A stretch of 63,578 bases of DNA, the filler included, from a bacterium (GTDB lineage Bacteria; JBBIVP01): the NCBI GenBank assembly GCA_037439705.1. It is 3 parts of 3 records of this genome, joined end to end, with 100 filler letters (N's around TTAATTAATTAA, not from the genome) between each part and the next. Parts side by side here need not be neighbours in the genome. Positions count along the whole stretch, not along the records: positions 1 to 22,475 come from JBBIVP010000011.1; 2 more parts are not named here. One strand, written 5' to 3'. The first letter of the stretch is position 1, and every line of letters begins with the position of its first letter. Shown piece after piece: positions 9,639-19,173 of the stretch. Position numbers and translations under genes: made by a program. The notes under the pieces were generated by a model that saw only the letters and a program-made list of their open reading frames with translations, ran no database searches and was not told the origin of the DNA.

Positions 9639-10654
9639 AAGTAGCGGTTTATTACAGCAACAACGACATAAGGATTGAGGAAAGGGAGATACCAAAAATT
9701 GGAGAAAGAGAAATTCTTTTAAAGGTGAGGGCGAGTGGAATATGTGGAAGTGATGTTATGGAATGGTACCGAAAGGGCAAAACCCCTGTGATTCTTGGAC
9801 ACGAGGTTGCAGGTGATGTTGTAGAAGTTGGAAAGGAAGTAAAGGGAATAAAAGAAGGAGATAAGGTCGTTGTGGCACATCATGTTCCATGCAATACCTG
9901 CCATTTCTGCCTGAAAGGGCATCATACAGTTTGTGAAACATTGAGGAAAACCAATTTTTATCCAGGAGGATTTTCTGAGTTCATAAGAGTGCCCGAGATA
10001 AATGTTGAGAGAGGAATTTTTAAATTTGAGAAGGTTTCCTACGAAGAAGCCTCCCTGACAGAACCTCTTGCCTGCGTGATAAGGGCGCACCGATTTCTTT
10101 CAACCTCTCCGGGAGATTCGGTATTTGTAATAGGATGTGGCACAGCAGGGCTTCTCCACATAAAATTCGCAAAAGCCATTGGAGCAAGCAGAATTTTTGC
10201 AACCGATATAATTGAGGAAAGAGTAAAAAGCGCAATAAATGCCGGTGCCAATTTTGCATTCAAACCTGAAAAGGATTCAGCAGAATTTATCCGTGAGAAT
10301 AACAATTTGAAACTTGCAGATAAAGTTATAATCTGCACTGCTTCTCCATCAGCAATAAAAATGGCGCTTGATTGCGTTGAAAGGGGCGGAAAAATTCTGT
10401 TTTTTGCAACCCCTGAACCTAATCTCAAGTTCCCATTTCCTGTAAACAGAATCTTCTGGAGAACTGAAATTTCATTTGTCAGTTCTTATGGTGGGAGCCC
10501 CCTTGACTATGCAACAAGTATTAATCTCATTGAAAACGGAATAATAGAGGTTAAAAGCCTAATAACCCACAGACTTCCGCTTTCAGAAGCAGGCTATGGA
10601 TTCAAACTTGTCGCTGAAGGTAAAGAGTGTCTCAAAGTTATACTCGCCCCTTAA
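9635..10654 (+). CDS. Zn-dependent medium-chain (polyol-type) dehydrogenase
   Basis: GICGSD, GHE, CNTCHFC..C structural Zn, GCGTAG. Confidence 0.92.
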   Translation: MKVAVYYSNNDIRIEEREIPKIGEREILLKVRASGICGSDVMEWYRKGKTPVILGHEVAGDVVEVGKEVKGIKEGDKVVVAHHVPCNTCHFCLKGHHTVCETLRKTNFYPGGFSEFIRVPEINVERGIFKFEKVSYEEASLTEPLACVIRAHRFLSTSPGDSVFVIGCGTAGLLHIKFAKAIGASRIFATDIIEERVKSAINAGANFAFKPEKDSAEFIRENNNLKLADKVIICTASPSAIKMALDCVERGGKILFFATPEPNLKFPFPVNRIFWRTEISFVSSYGGSPLDYATSINLIENGIIEVKSLITHRLPLSEAGYGFKLVAEGKECLKVILAP

Positions 10655-10722
10655 GAAGATTTATTTTAAAAATTTAGCACCCGACCATTTTATGTGGTTT
10701 TTGCATAAGATATGTGAACCCT

Positions 10723-11435
10723 TTATTTCTCCCCGCCTAAATTAACTTCTAACAAAATGTTCTCTTTTCTATATAATTCCAAATTATCTGTATTAAATTC
10801 TGGTTTCATTGATACCTTGATGTTAAACAAATCGATAAGACACCAACCAGTAATAATGAACTCTTTTTCTTTTCGTTCAAATGTATCAAGACATAGTAAT
10901 AAATGATGTCCATCTTCTCTTATCTTTTTCTTTGAATTTTTTAAAGGAGAAAAGAAAAATCTCTCGGCGACCCTACATCTCGTCTTGAGATCGCTTTTAC
11001 TTCTAAATAGGTAACTCTTCCATATTTATCGGTAATCTTTTCAGCGGGGTAACCCATTAATTGTAATCTTTCAAAAGACTCAATTATTTTCAATCTATCC
11101 TTATTTTTCTCAAAAAATAATGGGATTATTTTATCTGCAAAAACACCCACTTCGTTATTACGAAAACTTTTTGGATTTGGTGGTTTGATCAATGATTTAT
11201 AGAGGTCAAAAGTAATAGGAGTTTTATTATATTCAAGAGCAAAATCATTAATAATGGTTTTAATATCGTTCAGTAGTAATTTATCTTTCTCGTCGTTCTT
11301 ATTTACTGGGATTATCTTTTTATGAATAGTAGCTTCAATAACAATATGAAATTCCAATTTACTGAAAGCGCCTAAAATCTCTCTAATTATTCTTTCGTAA
11401 TTTTCCATTCTCTTTTTCATTTCGTTATCATGCAC
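10723..11435 (-). pseudogene. Type II PD-(D/E)xK restriction endonuclease, frameshifted
   Basis: GYPA...YLEVK; after a 1-nt shift in the T-run near 10955 the frame continues KKIREDGHHLLL...GWCLIDL...KPEFNTDN...GGEK* to 10723. Confidence 0.7.
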
Positions 11436-11436
11436 T

Positions 11437-12729
11437 TTATTTCTCCTTTTGAAAAATTAAGATATTTTCCCTCTGCATTACATTGTAGAGTCCAAATATA
11501 ATTTTATCTATATTTTTGACCAATTTAAAACCTATTTTTTCTGCATAATCAATTATAAACTCAACAGTCTTGATTTCTTCGTCCATATAAGTAGCGTTCC
11601 CAATAACTATAACAGCATATTTTTTAGGTTTGAGCACTCTAAACATTTCCTCCAAACTTTTTTTCATATCTTCATTATACAGATTAATCCTCGTTTCTCC
11701 CTTACCACGAACACCAATAAATTTTTCTCTAATCTCCGATAGGTTATAACCCATTTCTTTTAAAGCATGAGCATCATTTGAAACATAATCCAAAGCAATT
11801 GAATACGGGGGAGAAGTAATAATGCCATCTATGCTCTCATTATTCAATGGTAATGCCCTGGAGTCACCTTGCTTAATATCTATTTTACCTAATTTCAGTT
11901 TTAGCTTATTCACAATCTCCACATAATCCGAAACAGACAAAATCATAAGTTCCAGATTTTTCAAAAATGCATTGGAGAATTCTCTCCCTCTCCTGGCTTT
12001 ATCGCTTATAGCAACAAGTTTTGCCATTCTGTAGAAATTCTTTACCTTCTCATCAGGAATTAAATTAATGGTTTCATCAATAGTTTCTCCTTCTAAATTG
12101 AACAAGGAGGGTCTTATCCTTTTTATTATTTCTTCTTCCCATTCTCTTATTTGCGAAAGAACATCAATTGATTCTGTCTTTACTTTGCTTTGAAGCACAC
12201 ATAAAGGAGATATATCTATACCAATGCAATTTATTCCTAAGAGTTGAGCCTCAACAGCAGTAGTTCCGCTTCCAATAAATGGATCAAGAACAGTATCTCC
12301 TTGTTTAAGCCCAATAATATTCAGAAGTGCTCTAATCATTTGAGGATGAAATTTTCCTTTGTACGGGTAAATCCAATGTGTAAGATACTGATTGACTGAG
12401 CGTGTTCTATTCTTTTGAATAATCTGGAAGTAGTCAGTAGGCTTCCCCTTTACAGACTTAAAATAAGCTAATCTTCTTCTGAGTTCTTCTTCATCTTTGA
12501 TCTCTATTAACTTGAACTCCCTCAGCCCATTGGTCACTTCAAAATTAACCTCAAAAGATTGCAGTTCAAGTTGAGCTAAGGCCAATTCGTATATAAACTG
12601 AACATTATTGATAAGTATTAATTGCTTATCTTCAGACAAATTTTCGGTGTTATAAGCCCAAAAAGGGCTTAACTCTCCAGCTCGCTGGAGCATTCTTTTT
12701 CCTTTAAAGTTTTGTGTTTCGTCTATCAT
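11437..12729 (-). CDS. DNA amino-methyltransferase (SPPY, likely m4C, alpha order)
   Basis: YPYKGKFHP, DPFIGSGTT (motif I) preceding ITSPPY (motif IV). Confidence 0.9.
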   Translation of the reverse strand: MIDETQNFKGKRMLQRAGELSPFWAYNTENLSEDKQLILINNVQFIYELALAQLELQSFEVNFEVTNGLREFKLIEIKDEEELRRRLAYFKSVKGKPTDYFQIIQKNRTRSVNQYLTHWIYPYKGKFHPQMIRALLNIIGLKQGDTVLDPFIGSGTTAVEAQLLGINCIGIDISPLCVLQSKVKTESIDVLSQIREWEEEIIKRIRPSLFNLEGETIDETINLIPDEKVKNFYRMAKLVAISDKARRGREFSNAFLKNLELMILSVSDYVEIVNKLKLKLGKIDIKQGDSRALPLNNESIDGIITSPPYSIALDYVSNDAHALKEMGYNLSEIREKFIGVRGKGETRINLYNEDMKKSLEEMFRVLKPKKYAVIVIGNATYMDEEIKTVEFIIDYAEKIGFKLVKNIDKIIFGLYNVMQRENILIFQKEK

Positions 12730-12809
12730 AATATCTGCCTTATAAATCCCACATATGCTTTAAATCGGTAAGCGACAAGGGAGTTGGGCTTTATTCCACC
12801 TAACACACC

Positions 12810-12966
12810 GACTATTAAAGTGTCATCGAATACGATACATACTATTCTTCCCTCATCAACTACCCTTTTTAACTCTTTTAGAATCTTCATCATTTTATCC
12901 AGATATACATTGTAATTTTCAAAAAGAATGTTCTTGTATTATTCATCGTAGTTTATCCCAACATTT
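12810..12966 (-). pseudogene. Fragment of a second (beta-class) DNA methyltransferase
   Basis: NVGINYDE*YKNILFENYNVYLDKMMKILKELKRVVDEGRIVCIVFDD resembles the segment following (S/D)PPY in N4/N6 MTases. Confidence 0.55.
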
Positions 12967-13351
12967 CTAAATCTGGCTTCTTTTCTAATGAATTACTCGG
13001 ATTTTGAATTCTGGTTTTTTTTCCCTTCCTTTTAGATGTCTCCTTCAAAACCCATTTGATGTAATCTTCATTTCCATCCGTCACATCAATTCCTATTATT
13101 TCTGGAACGGAATATGGATGGAGGGCTTTTATTCTCTCTTTCAGATTTTTGAAACTGGATGAGGAGGTTTTTATTATGAGAAGAAACTCTTTCTCATCCT
13201 CAATTTTTCCTTCCCATATATAGATTGAACGAACTTCTCTTACTATGTTTACACAGGCTGCAAGCCCATTCTCCACTGTATCCTTTGCCATTTTTTCTGC
13301 TACCCCTTCATCCGGAACCGTGACGAAAACTACTTTAATTTTTCCTTTCAT
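12953..13351 (-). CDS. cutA: Divalent-cation tolerance protein CutA
   Basis: LAACVN, SIYIWEGKIE, HPYSVPEII; C-terminus extended into the R-M island. Confidence 0.93.
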   Translation of the reverse strand: MKGKIKVVFVTVPDEGVAEKMAKDTVENGLAACVNIVREVRSIYIWEGKIEDEKEFLLIIKTSSSSFKNLKERIKALHPYSVPEIIGIDVTDGNEDYIKWVLKETSKRKGKKTRIQNPSNSLEKKPDLEMLG

Positions 13352-13905
13352 CTCAGAGCGGGTTTACAGATAAAATCGATAAGCCTCATATCAAAAAAAC
13401 GATTTGATGGCTTTGCCTTAATCACAGCTGCGGTATCAGCCCCCCTGCTTGTTCCTGCAACTGCTATTACTTCACCGGCAGGAATGAGCCCTGTATCACA
13501 TGCCATTGCACAAATCTCAAAACACACCTTTGTTCCCTCGCCGAAGGTTCTCAATGTGGCATTAATAAGTTCTGTTTCCGAGTAATGAAATTTATCCTTT
13601 ATAGCCCTGTTTAAATTTCTCAGAACCATGGTTCCTGTAAGAACCTTATATCCTTTTGAAAGTAACTCCTTTCTTATTTCTTCAGAAAATTCCTGCTCTC
13701 CGTCCTTTCCAAATCCTGTATTATGGGTAACAATTACTACATTAAACTCGTTGGCAGGAAAAAACTTCAAGGCTTCCTTTGCAGTATATCCTGTGGTTGA
13801 AGCAATAACTATGTCCCTTACCCTGTTTTTCCTCGCATATTCAGAAGCAATTCTCAAAACCTCTTCTGTATTTTGAATCCCAGGCATACTAAAAAGTACT
13901 GTCAT
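13348..13905 (-). CDS. Pyruvate kinase C-terminal-like alpha/beta domain protein (uncharacterised)
   Basis: PG..NT, IVIASTTGYTA, GTKVCFEICAMACDTG, GADTA. Confidence 0.8.
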   Translation of the reverse strand: MTVLFSMPGIQNTEEVLRIASEYARKNRVRDIVIASTTGYTAKEALKFFPANEFNVVIVTHNTGFGKDGEQEFSEEIRKELLSKGYKVLTGTMVLRNLNRAIKDKFHYSETELINATLRTFGEGTKVCFEICAMACDTGLIPAGEVIAVAGTSRGADTAAVIKAKPSNRFFDMRLIDFICKPALR

Positions 13906-14678
13906 TTCTTCAATTCAATCCTTTCGGTTCCTCTTAAAACAGTTATTGATTCTATTTCTCCCGCACCGGTAATTTTATCAAAATCTTCAGCAGTTTCTAC
14001 CTCTTGAGAGTTTATCATAAGAATGATATCTCCCGGTCTTAAACCCATTTTTTCACCCTCGCCTCCCTCTTCTACTTCCGTAACAGCAAGTCCACCTTTT
14101 AATTCAAGAGCTTCCTTAACAAGGGGGTTCAATTCTTCAAGGAAGATTCCGAGTTTCTGGCTATATAAAACCTTTCCTTCCTCCTCTGGCACCTCCATAC
14201 CGCTTCTCTCTATTACATCCTCAACAACAAAAATTGGAGATTGAGTTCTCAGAGATAAGGCAATTGCATCAGAAGGTCTGGCATCAATTATCCAGCTTCC
14301 CTTTTTGCCTTTCAGATGAATTTCTGCATAAAAGGTAGAACCCTTTATGTCTGATATCACAACCTTTACCACTTTTATCTCAAGAGTATTAAGTATATTT
14401 TTCATCAAATCGTGTGTCATCGGCCTTGGGACCTCCACTTTTTCAAGCTCCATAGCAATTGCTCTTGCCTCAGCAAAACCTATCCAGATGGGAAGCCTTC
14501 TTGTCCCGCTCTTATCCTCAAGTAGGATCAAAGGATTTCCACTTCTATCAACGAAAACATTTTTTACTTCCATTTCAACAAAATGCCTTTTTTCTTCAGA
14601 ATTTTTACCAGTTACCTTACATCCGTAAGAACAACTAAAAAAAACTAAAAATATCGTTAACCCCTTCAACCACCTCAT
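13902..14678 (-). CDS. Bifunctional nuclease (DUF151) with C-terminal PDZ domain
   Basis: [36 protein letters not shown]-terminal signal-like segment. Confidence 0.85.
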   Translation of the reverse strand: MRWLKGLTIFLVFFSCSYGCKVTGKNSEEKRHFVEMEVKNVFVDRSGNPLILLEDKSGTRRLPIWIGFAEARAIAMELEKVEVPRPMTHDLMKNILNTLEIKVVKVVISDIKGSTFYAEIHLKGKKGSWIIDARPSDAIALSLRTQSPIFVVEDVIERSGMEVPEEEGKVLYSQKLGIFLEELNPLVKEALELKGGLAVTEVEEGGEGEKMGLRPGDIILMINSQEVETAEDFDKITGAGEIESITVLRGTERIELKK

Positions 14679-15322
14679 TTTTTCACCTTTTCCCTCCAGT
14701 CCTTCAAAAATTTCTCAAGTCCTATATCTGTAAGGGGATGTTTGAACATTTGCTCAAGAACCTTATAGGGAATTGTAGCAATGTGTGCTCCATAAAGTGC
14801 AGCCTCAAGGACATGAATTGGGTGTCTTATGCTCGCCACTATTATTTCTGTTTTAAATCCGTAATTTTGAATGATTTTAGAAATATCGGCAACAATCTCC
14901 ATTCCATAGTGGGAAATATCATCAAGCCTTCCTATAAAAGGACTAACATAGGTGGCACCTGCCTTCATCGCAAGAAGTGCCTGGAGCGGAGAAAATATAA
15001 GGGTCATATTTGTATTTATTCCATTCTCTGAAAGCCTTTTGACTGCTTTCAATCCGTCAGGTGTCATCGGAACCTTTACAACAATCTTTTCATTTATTTT
15101 AGCAATTCTTTTTGCCTCCTTCACCATCTCTTCAACAGTTGTAGAAACAACCTCCACACTTACAGGACCGTTCACAATTTTACAAATCTCTTTTATGATT
15201 TTTACCGGGTCGTCTCCTTCCTTCGCAAGAAGACTGGGATTTGTGGTAACTCCATCAAGAATCCCATATTCGTTTATCTTTCTTATCTCATCAAGGTTTG
15301 CGGTATCAATAAAAATTTTCAT
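14675..15322 (-). CDS. fsa: Transaldolase / fructose-6-phosphate aldolase
   Basis: [33 protein letters not shown]. Confidence 0.93.
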   Translation of the reverse strand: MKIFIDTANLDEIRKINEYGILDGVTTNPSLLAKEGDDPVKIIKEICKIVNGPVSVEVVSTTVEEMVKEAKRIAKINEKIVVKVPMTPDGLKAVKRLSENGINTNMTLIFSPLQALLAMKAGATYVSPFIGRLDDISHYGMEIVADISKIIQNYGFKTEIIVASIRHPIHVLEAALYGAHIATIPYKVLEQMFKHPLTDIGLEKFLKDWREKVKK

Positions 15323-15331
15323 AAATACCTC

Positions 15332-15966
15332 CTAAGGCGTAAATCCTACTCCAATATATATTGCATCCTTATCAAAATTGTGCATCTCAACTGTCATGAA
15401 AAGGGTTGGTGTGACGAAATAATCCATCCCAACTACAACTCCGAATAAATTACTTGCTGTATAACTATTTCCACCTGAAAAATCAAGCCAACTCTCTGAA
15501 ACGCTCAATCCACCGTACACATACAAATTAGCATATCTGTAAGAAATGGTTAAAAAGGATTGAAGTTCATAATAGTCAAGACTTTGTCCGTCTGAATTGT
15601 GCTGATATGCAAACTGTCCGTCAAGGTTCAAACTAACATAACTTCCAGAAGAAACAGAAAATTTTATTCCCGCACCGAACTTTGGTCCAAGTGGAGAATG
15701 AAAATTCTCTGCGTCAAATTTCATATCGCTGAATCCTCCAAATACATATCCACAAAACCATTTCTTAGGGGATATTCCCAGAAAGAGGTGACTTCCTATG
15801 GAAATAAACTCTGCATCATCAGAAACTTCCCTCCAGTTAAACGAAAGAAAAATTCCGCCTCTAAAAAGGTTATCTGTGAGGGTTGCGGTGCCTCCTGATT
15901 GAAAAGCATAAGAAAAAAGAGGTAATCCTGTGATCAAAATTACAAAATTTAGTATTTTCACATTCA
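15332..15966 (-). CDS. Putative outer-membrane beta-barrel protein
   Basis: Signal peptide, alternating aromatic/Gly beta pattern, ends IYIGVGFTP; start uncertain. Confidence 0.6.
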
Positions 15967-16075
15967 TTTTTTGATTTTTATCATTTCTCTCCATATTATT
16001 CAACAAAAATCTTCAATCAGGACATTATTGCGAAAACTTGATAAAATTCCAGAAGTGAAATATAAATAAAAAAGA

Positions 16076-16150
16076 CGGGGCGTGGCGCAGCCTGGTTAGC
16101 GCACTCGCTTGGGGTGCGAGTGGTCGGCCGTTCAAATCGGCTCGCCCCGA
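16076..16150 (+). tRNA. tRNA-Pro(GGG), CCA not encoded
   Basis: Acceptor CGGGGCG/CGCCCCG, anticodon arm CTCGC-TTGGGGT-GCGAG, T-loop TTCAAAT. Confidence 0.95.
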
Positions 16151-16160
16151 TGCTATTAAA

Positions 16161-17806
16161 ATGGAAGATAAATTAAAAAAATGCCTTGAAGAGTGGACAA
16201 AAAAGTACAGTGAAGGAAAAGAACTGAATAAACTATTTAAGAACCTTTCAGATATTGATATAAAACCACTATACACCCCACTTGAGGTTCAAAATTTAGA
16301 TTATATGAGGGACCTTGGATTTCCCGGGGAATACCCGTTCACGCGCGGAATTTACACCACAATGTACCGCGGGAGGCTCTGGACAATGAGGCAATTCTCA
16401 GGATTCGGGACAGCAGAAGATACAAAAGGTATCATTTTCTACTCTCTCAGGGACAAACAGGTCTCTCAGTCGCTTTTGATATGCCAACCATAATGGGGTA
16501 TGACTCCGACCATCCCAGAGCAAAAGGAGAGGTTGGAATATGCGGGGTAGCTGTTGACACCTTAAAAGATATGGAAATCCTTTTTGACGGAATTCCACTT
16601 GAGAAAATTACTACCTCAATGACAATAAATGCACCTGCAGCTATCCTTTTTGCGATGTACATCTCAGTGGCTGAAAACCAGGGAGCGGATATAAAAAAGG
16701 TAAGTGGAACCATTCAAAACGATATACTGAAGGAATACATTGCCCAGAAATCTTGGATATTTCCTCCTGAACCATCAATGAGAATAATTGTTAACATTTT
16801 TGAATATGCCTCAAAATATGTGCCTAAGTGGAATACAATTAGCATAAGCGGATATCACATAAGGGAAGCAGGCTCAACTGCTGTTCAGGAATTAGCATTC
16901 ACACTTGCGGACGGAATTGAATATGTTAGAGCCGGGATTAAAGCCGGACTTGATGTTGACGAATTTGCTCCCAGACTTTCATTCTTTTTCAACTGCCACA
17001 ACGATTTCTTTGAAGAAATTGCAAAATTTCGTGCTGCAAGAAGAATGTGGGCGAAAATAATGAAAGAAAAATTTAAGGCAAAAAATCCTCTGTCATGGCT
17101 TTTAAGATTTCATACCCAGACAGCAGGATGCACCCTTGTAGCACAGCAACCGATGAACAACATAATCAGGGTTACCTTACAGGCACTGGCAGCTATTCTT
17201 GGAGGAACACAATCCCTTCACACAAACTCTATGGATGAAACCCTCGCTCTTCCAACAGAACTCGCTGTAATGATTGCACTTAGAACCCAGCAAATAATAG
17301 CAGAAGAATCTGGAGTAACGAATACAATAGACCCACTTGGAGGAAGTTATTATGTAGAATATCTCACAAACAAAATGGAAGAAGAAGCCTGGAAATACAT
17401 TGACAAAATAGAGGAAATGGGAGGAATGATAAAGGCTATTGAAATTGGATTTCCTCAAAGGGAAATAGCAGATGCATCATACAGATATCAGAAAGAGGTA
17501 GAAGAGGGAAAGAGGGTTATAGTTGGCGTAAATAAATATCAAATTGAGGAAAAAATAGAGATTCCAATACTGAGAATTCCTCCTGAAGTTGAAGAAAGGC
17601 AGATAAGGAGTCTCCATCAGGTAAAGAAGGAAAGAAACAATGAACAGGTAAGAAGATGCCTTGATGAATTGAGACGGGCAGCGGAGGGAGATGAAAATTT
17701 AATGCCTTATATCTTCAACGCAGTAAAGGCTTATACTACTGAGGGAGAAATAATAAGCGCACTTAAAGAAGTATTTGGGGAATATAAAGACCCCGGAATT
17801 ATATAA
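16161..17806 (+). CDS. Methylmalonyl-CoA mutase family large subunit, with frameshift near 16425
   Basis: [19 protein letters not shown] in one frame; [38 protein letters not shown] in the next. Confidence 0.9.
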
Positions 17807-17817
17807 CCCAAAAATTT

Positions 17818-19173
17818 ATGAAAATCTTACTTGTTAACCCATGGATACACGATTTTGCGGCCTTTGACCTCTGGAGTGCTCCCTTGGGATTGCTGGCCAT
17901 GAGTTCTTTTCTCAAATCCAATGGCATTGAAACGAAGCTCATAGACCTTACCGATGTATTCTTTGATGAAAATTTTTTAAATGAAACGCCATCAAAAATT
18001 CCAAAAAGAAAATTTGGAAAGGGACATTATGAAAAGACCGTAATTGAAAAACCAGGGGTTTTGAGCTGGTTCAGAAGAAAATTCAAGAGGTACGGAGTCC
18101 AGAAGGAGAAAGCAAAAAAGGCATTTGAAATCATAAAAAAAGACTTCCAGCCCGATTTTATAATGCTCTCTGTAAGGATGACCTACTGGTATACAGGAGG
18201 AATTGAAACAGTTGAAACAATAAGAAAAGTTTTTCCAAACACTCCAATAATCGCAGGAGGCACCTATGTAACCCTTCTTCCTGAACATGCAAAAAATAAT
18301 CTGAAATCCGATTTCATCGTCTGTGGTGAAATTGAAAAAAATATGAAACTCCTTTCACAAATAATTGGCAAAGACCTATTAAATCCTCCATCGTACATTC
18401 CAGACCTTTCCCTTTACAAAAAAAGAGACTTTGTGCCTGTAATTACATCAAAAGGATGTCCTTTCAGATGTTCATACTGTGCCTCGCCAATCCTCTTTAA
18501 ATTTCAGGAATTTGAAATTGAACAGGTGTTTGAATATATAACAATGTCCTCAGAAAAATTTGGAACATACGACTTGGTTTTTTATGACGATGCTTTTCTG
18601 TTTCACAGAGACAGAACAAAAAATCTGCTGAAGAAAATTGCGGACTCAAAAAAGAACTTTAATCTGCATTTTCCAAACGCCCTTCATGGCAGATTTATTG
18701 ATGAAGAAATTGCATTTCTCCTGAAATCTGCAGGAGCAAAAACTATTTTTATAGGTCTTGAATCAGCAGAGGAAGATTTTCAAAAGAAAAGCGGAGGAAA
18801 AATTTATAACGAAGAATTTGAAAAGGCTGTAAAAAATCTTCATAAAGCCGGTTTTAAACCAGCGGAAATAGGGGTGTATATAATGGCAGGACTTCCATTT
18901 CAAACAGCGGAAAGCGTTAAAAAGACGATTGAGTATGTATTTGATGTAGGAGCATATCCAAAAATAGTTGAATACTCACCCATTCCTCAAACTTCTATGT
19001 GGGAAGAAGCAGTGAAAATAAGTCCGTTTCCAATACAAGAAGAACCATTATTTCACAACAATACCATTCTTCCCTGCAGGTGGAAAGAATTTGATGAAGA
19101 AGATTTAGTTTTTCTTAAAAACTACATTCGGTCTTTTAAGGACAAAATTACTTGTCAAACTCCACTTTCTTAA
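17818..19173 (+). CDS. B12-binding radical SAM protein
   Basis: CPFRCSYC; N-terminal LLVNPWIHDFAAFD cobalamin-binding-like domain. Confidence 0.88.
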   Translation: MKILLVNPWIHDFAAFDLWSAPLGLLAMSSFLKSNGIETKLIDLTDVFFDENFLNETPSKIPKRKFGKGHYEKTVIEKPGVLSWFRRKFKRYGVQKEKAKKAFEIIKKDFQPDFIMLSVRMTYWYTGGIETVETIRKVFPNTPIIAGGTYVTLLPEHAKNNLKSDFIVCGEIEKNMKLLSQIIGKDLLNPPSYIPDLSLYKKRDFVPVITSKGCPFRCSYCASPILFKFQEFEIEQVFEYITMSSEKFGTYDLVFYDDAFLFHRDRTKNLLKKIADSKKNFNLHFPNALHGRFIDEEIAFLLKSAGAKTIFIGLESAEEDFQKKSGGKIYNEEFEKAVKNLHKAGFKPAEIGVYIMAGLPFQTAESVKKTIEYVFDVGAYPKIVEYSPIPQTSMWEEAVKISPFPIQEEPLFHNNTILPCRWKEFDEEDLVFLKNYIRSFKDKITCQTPLS

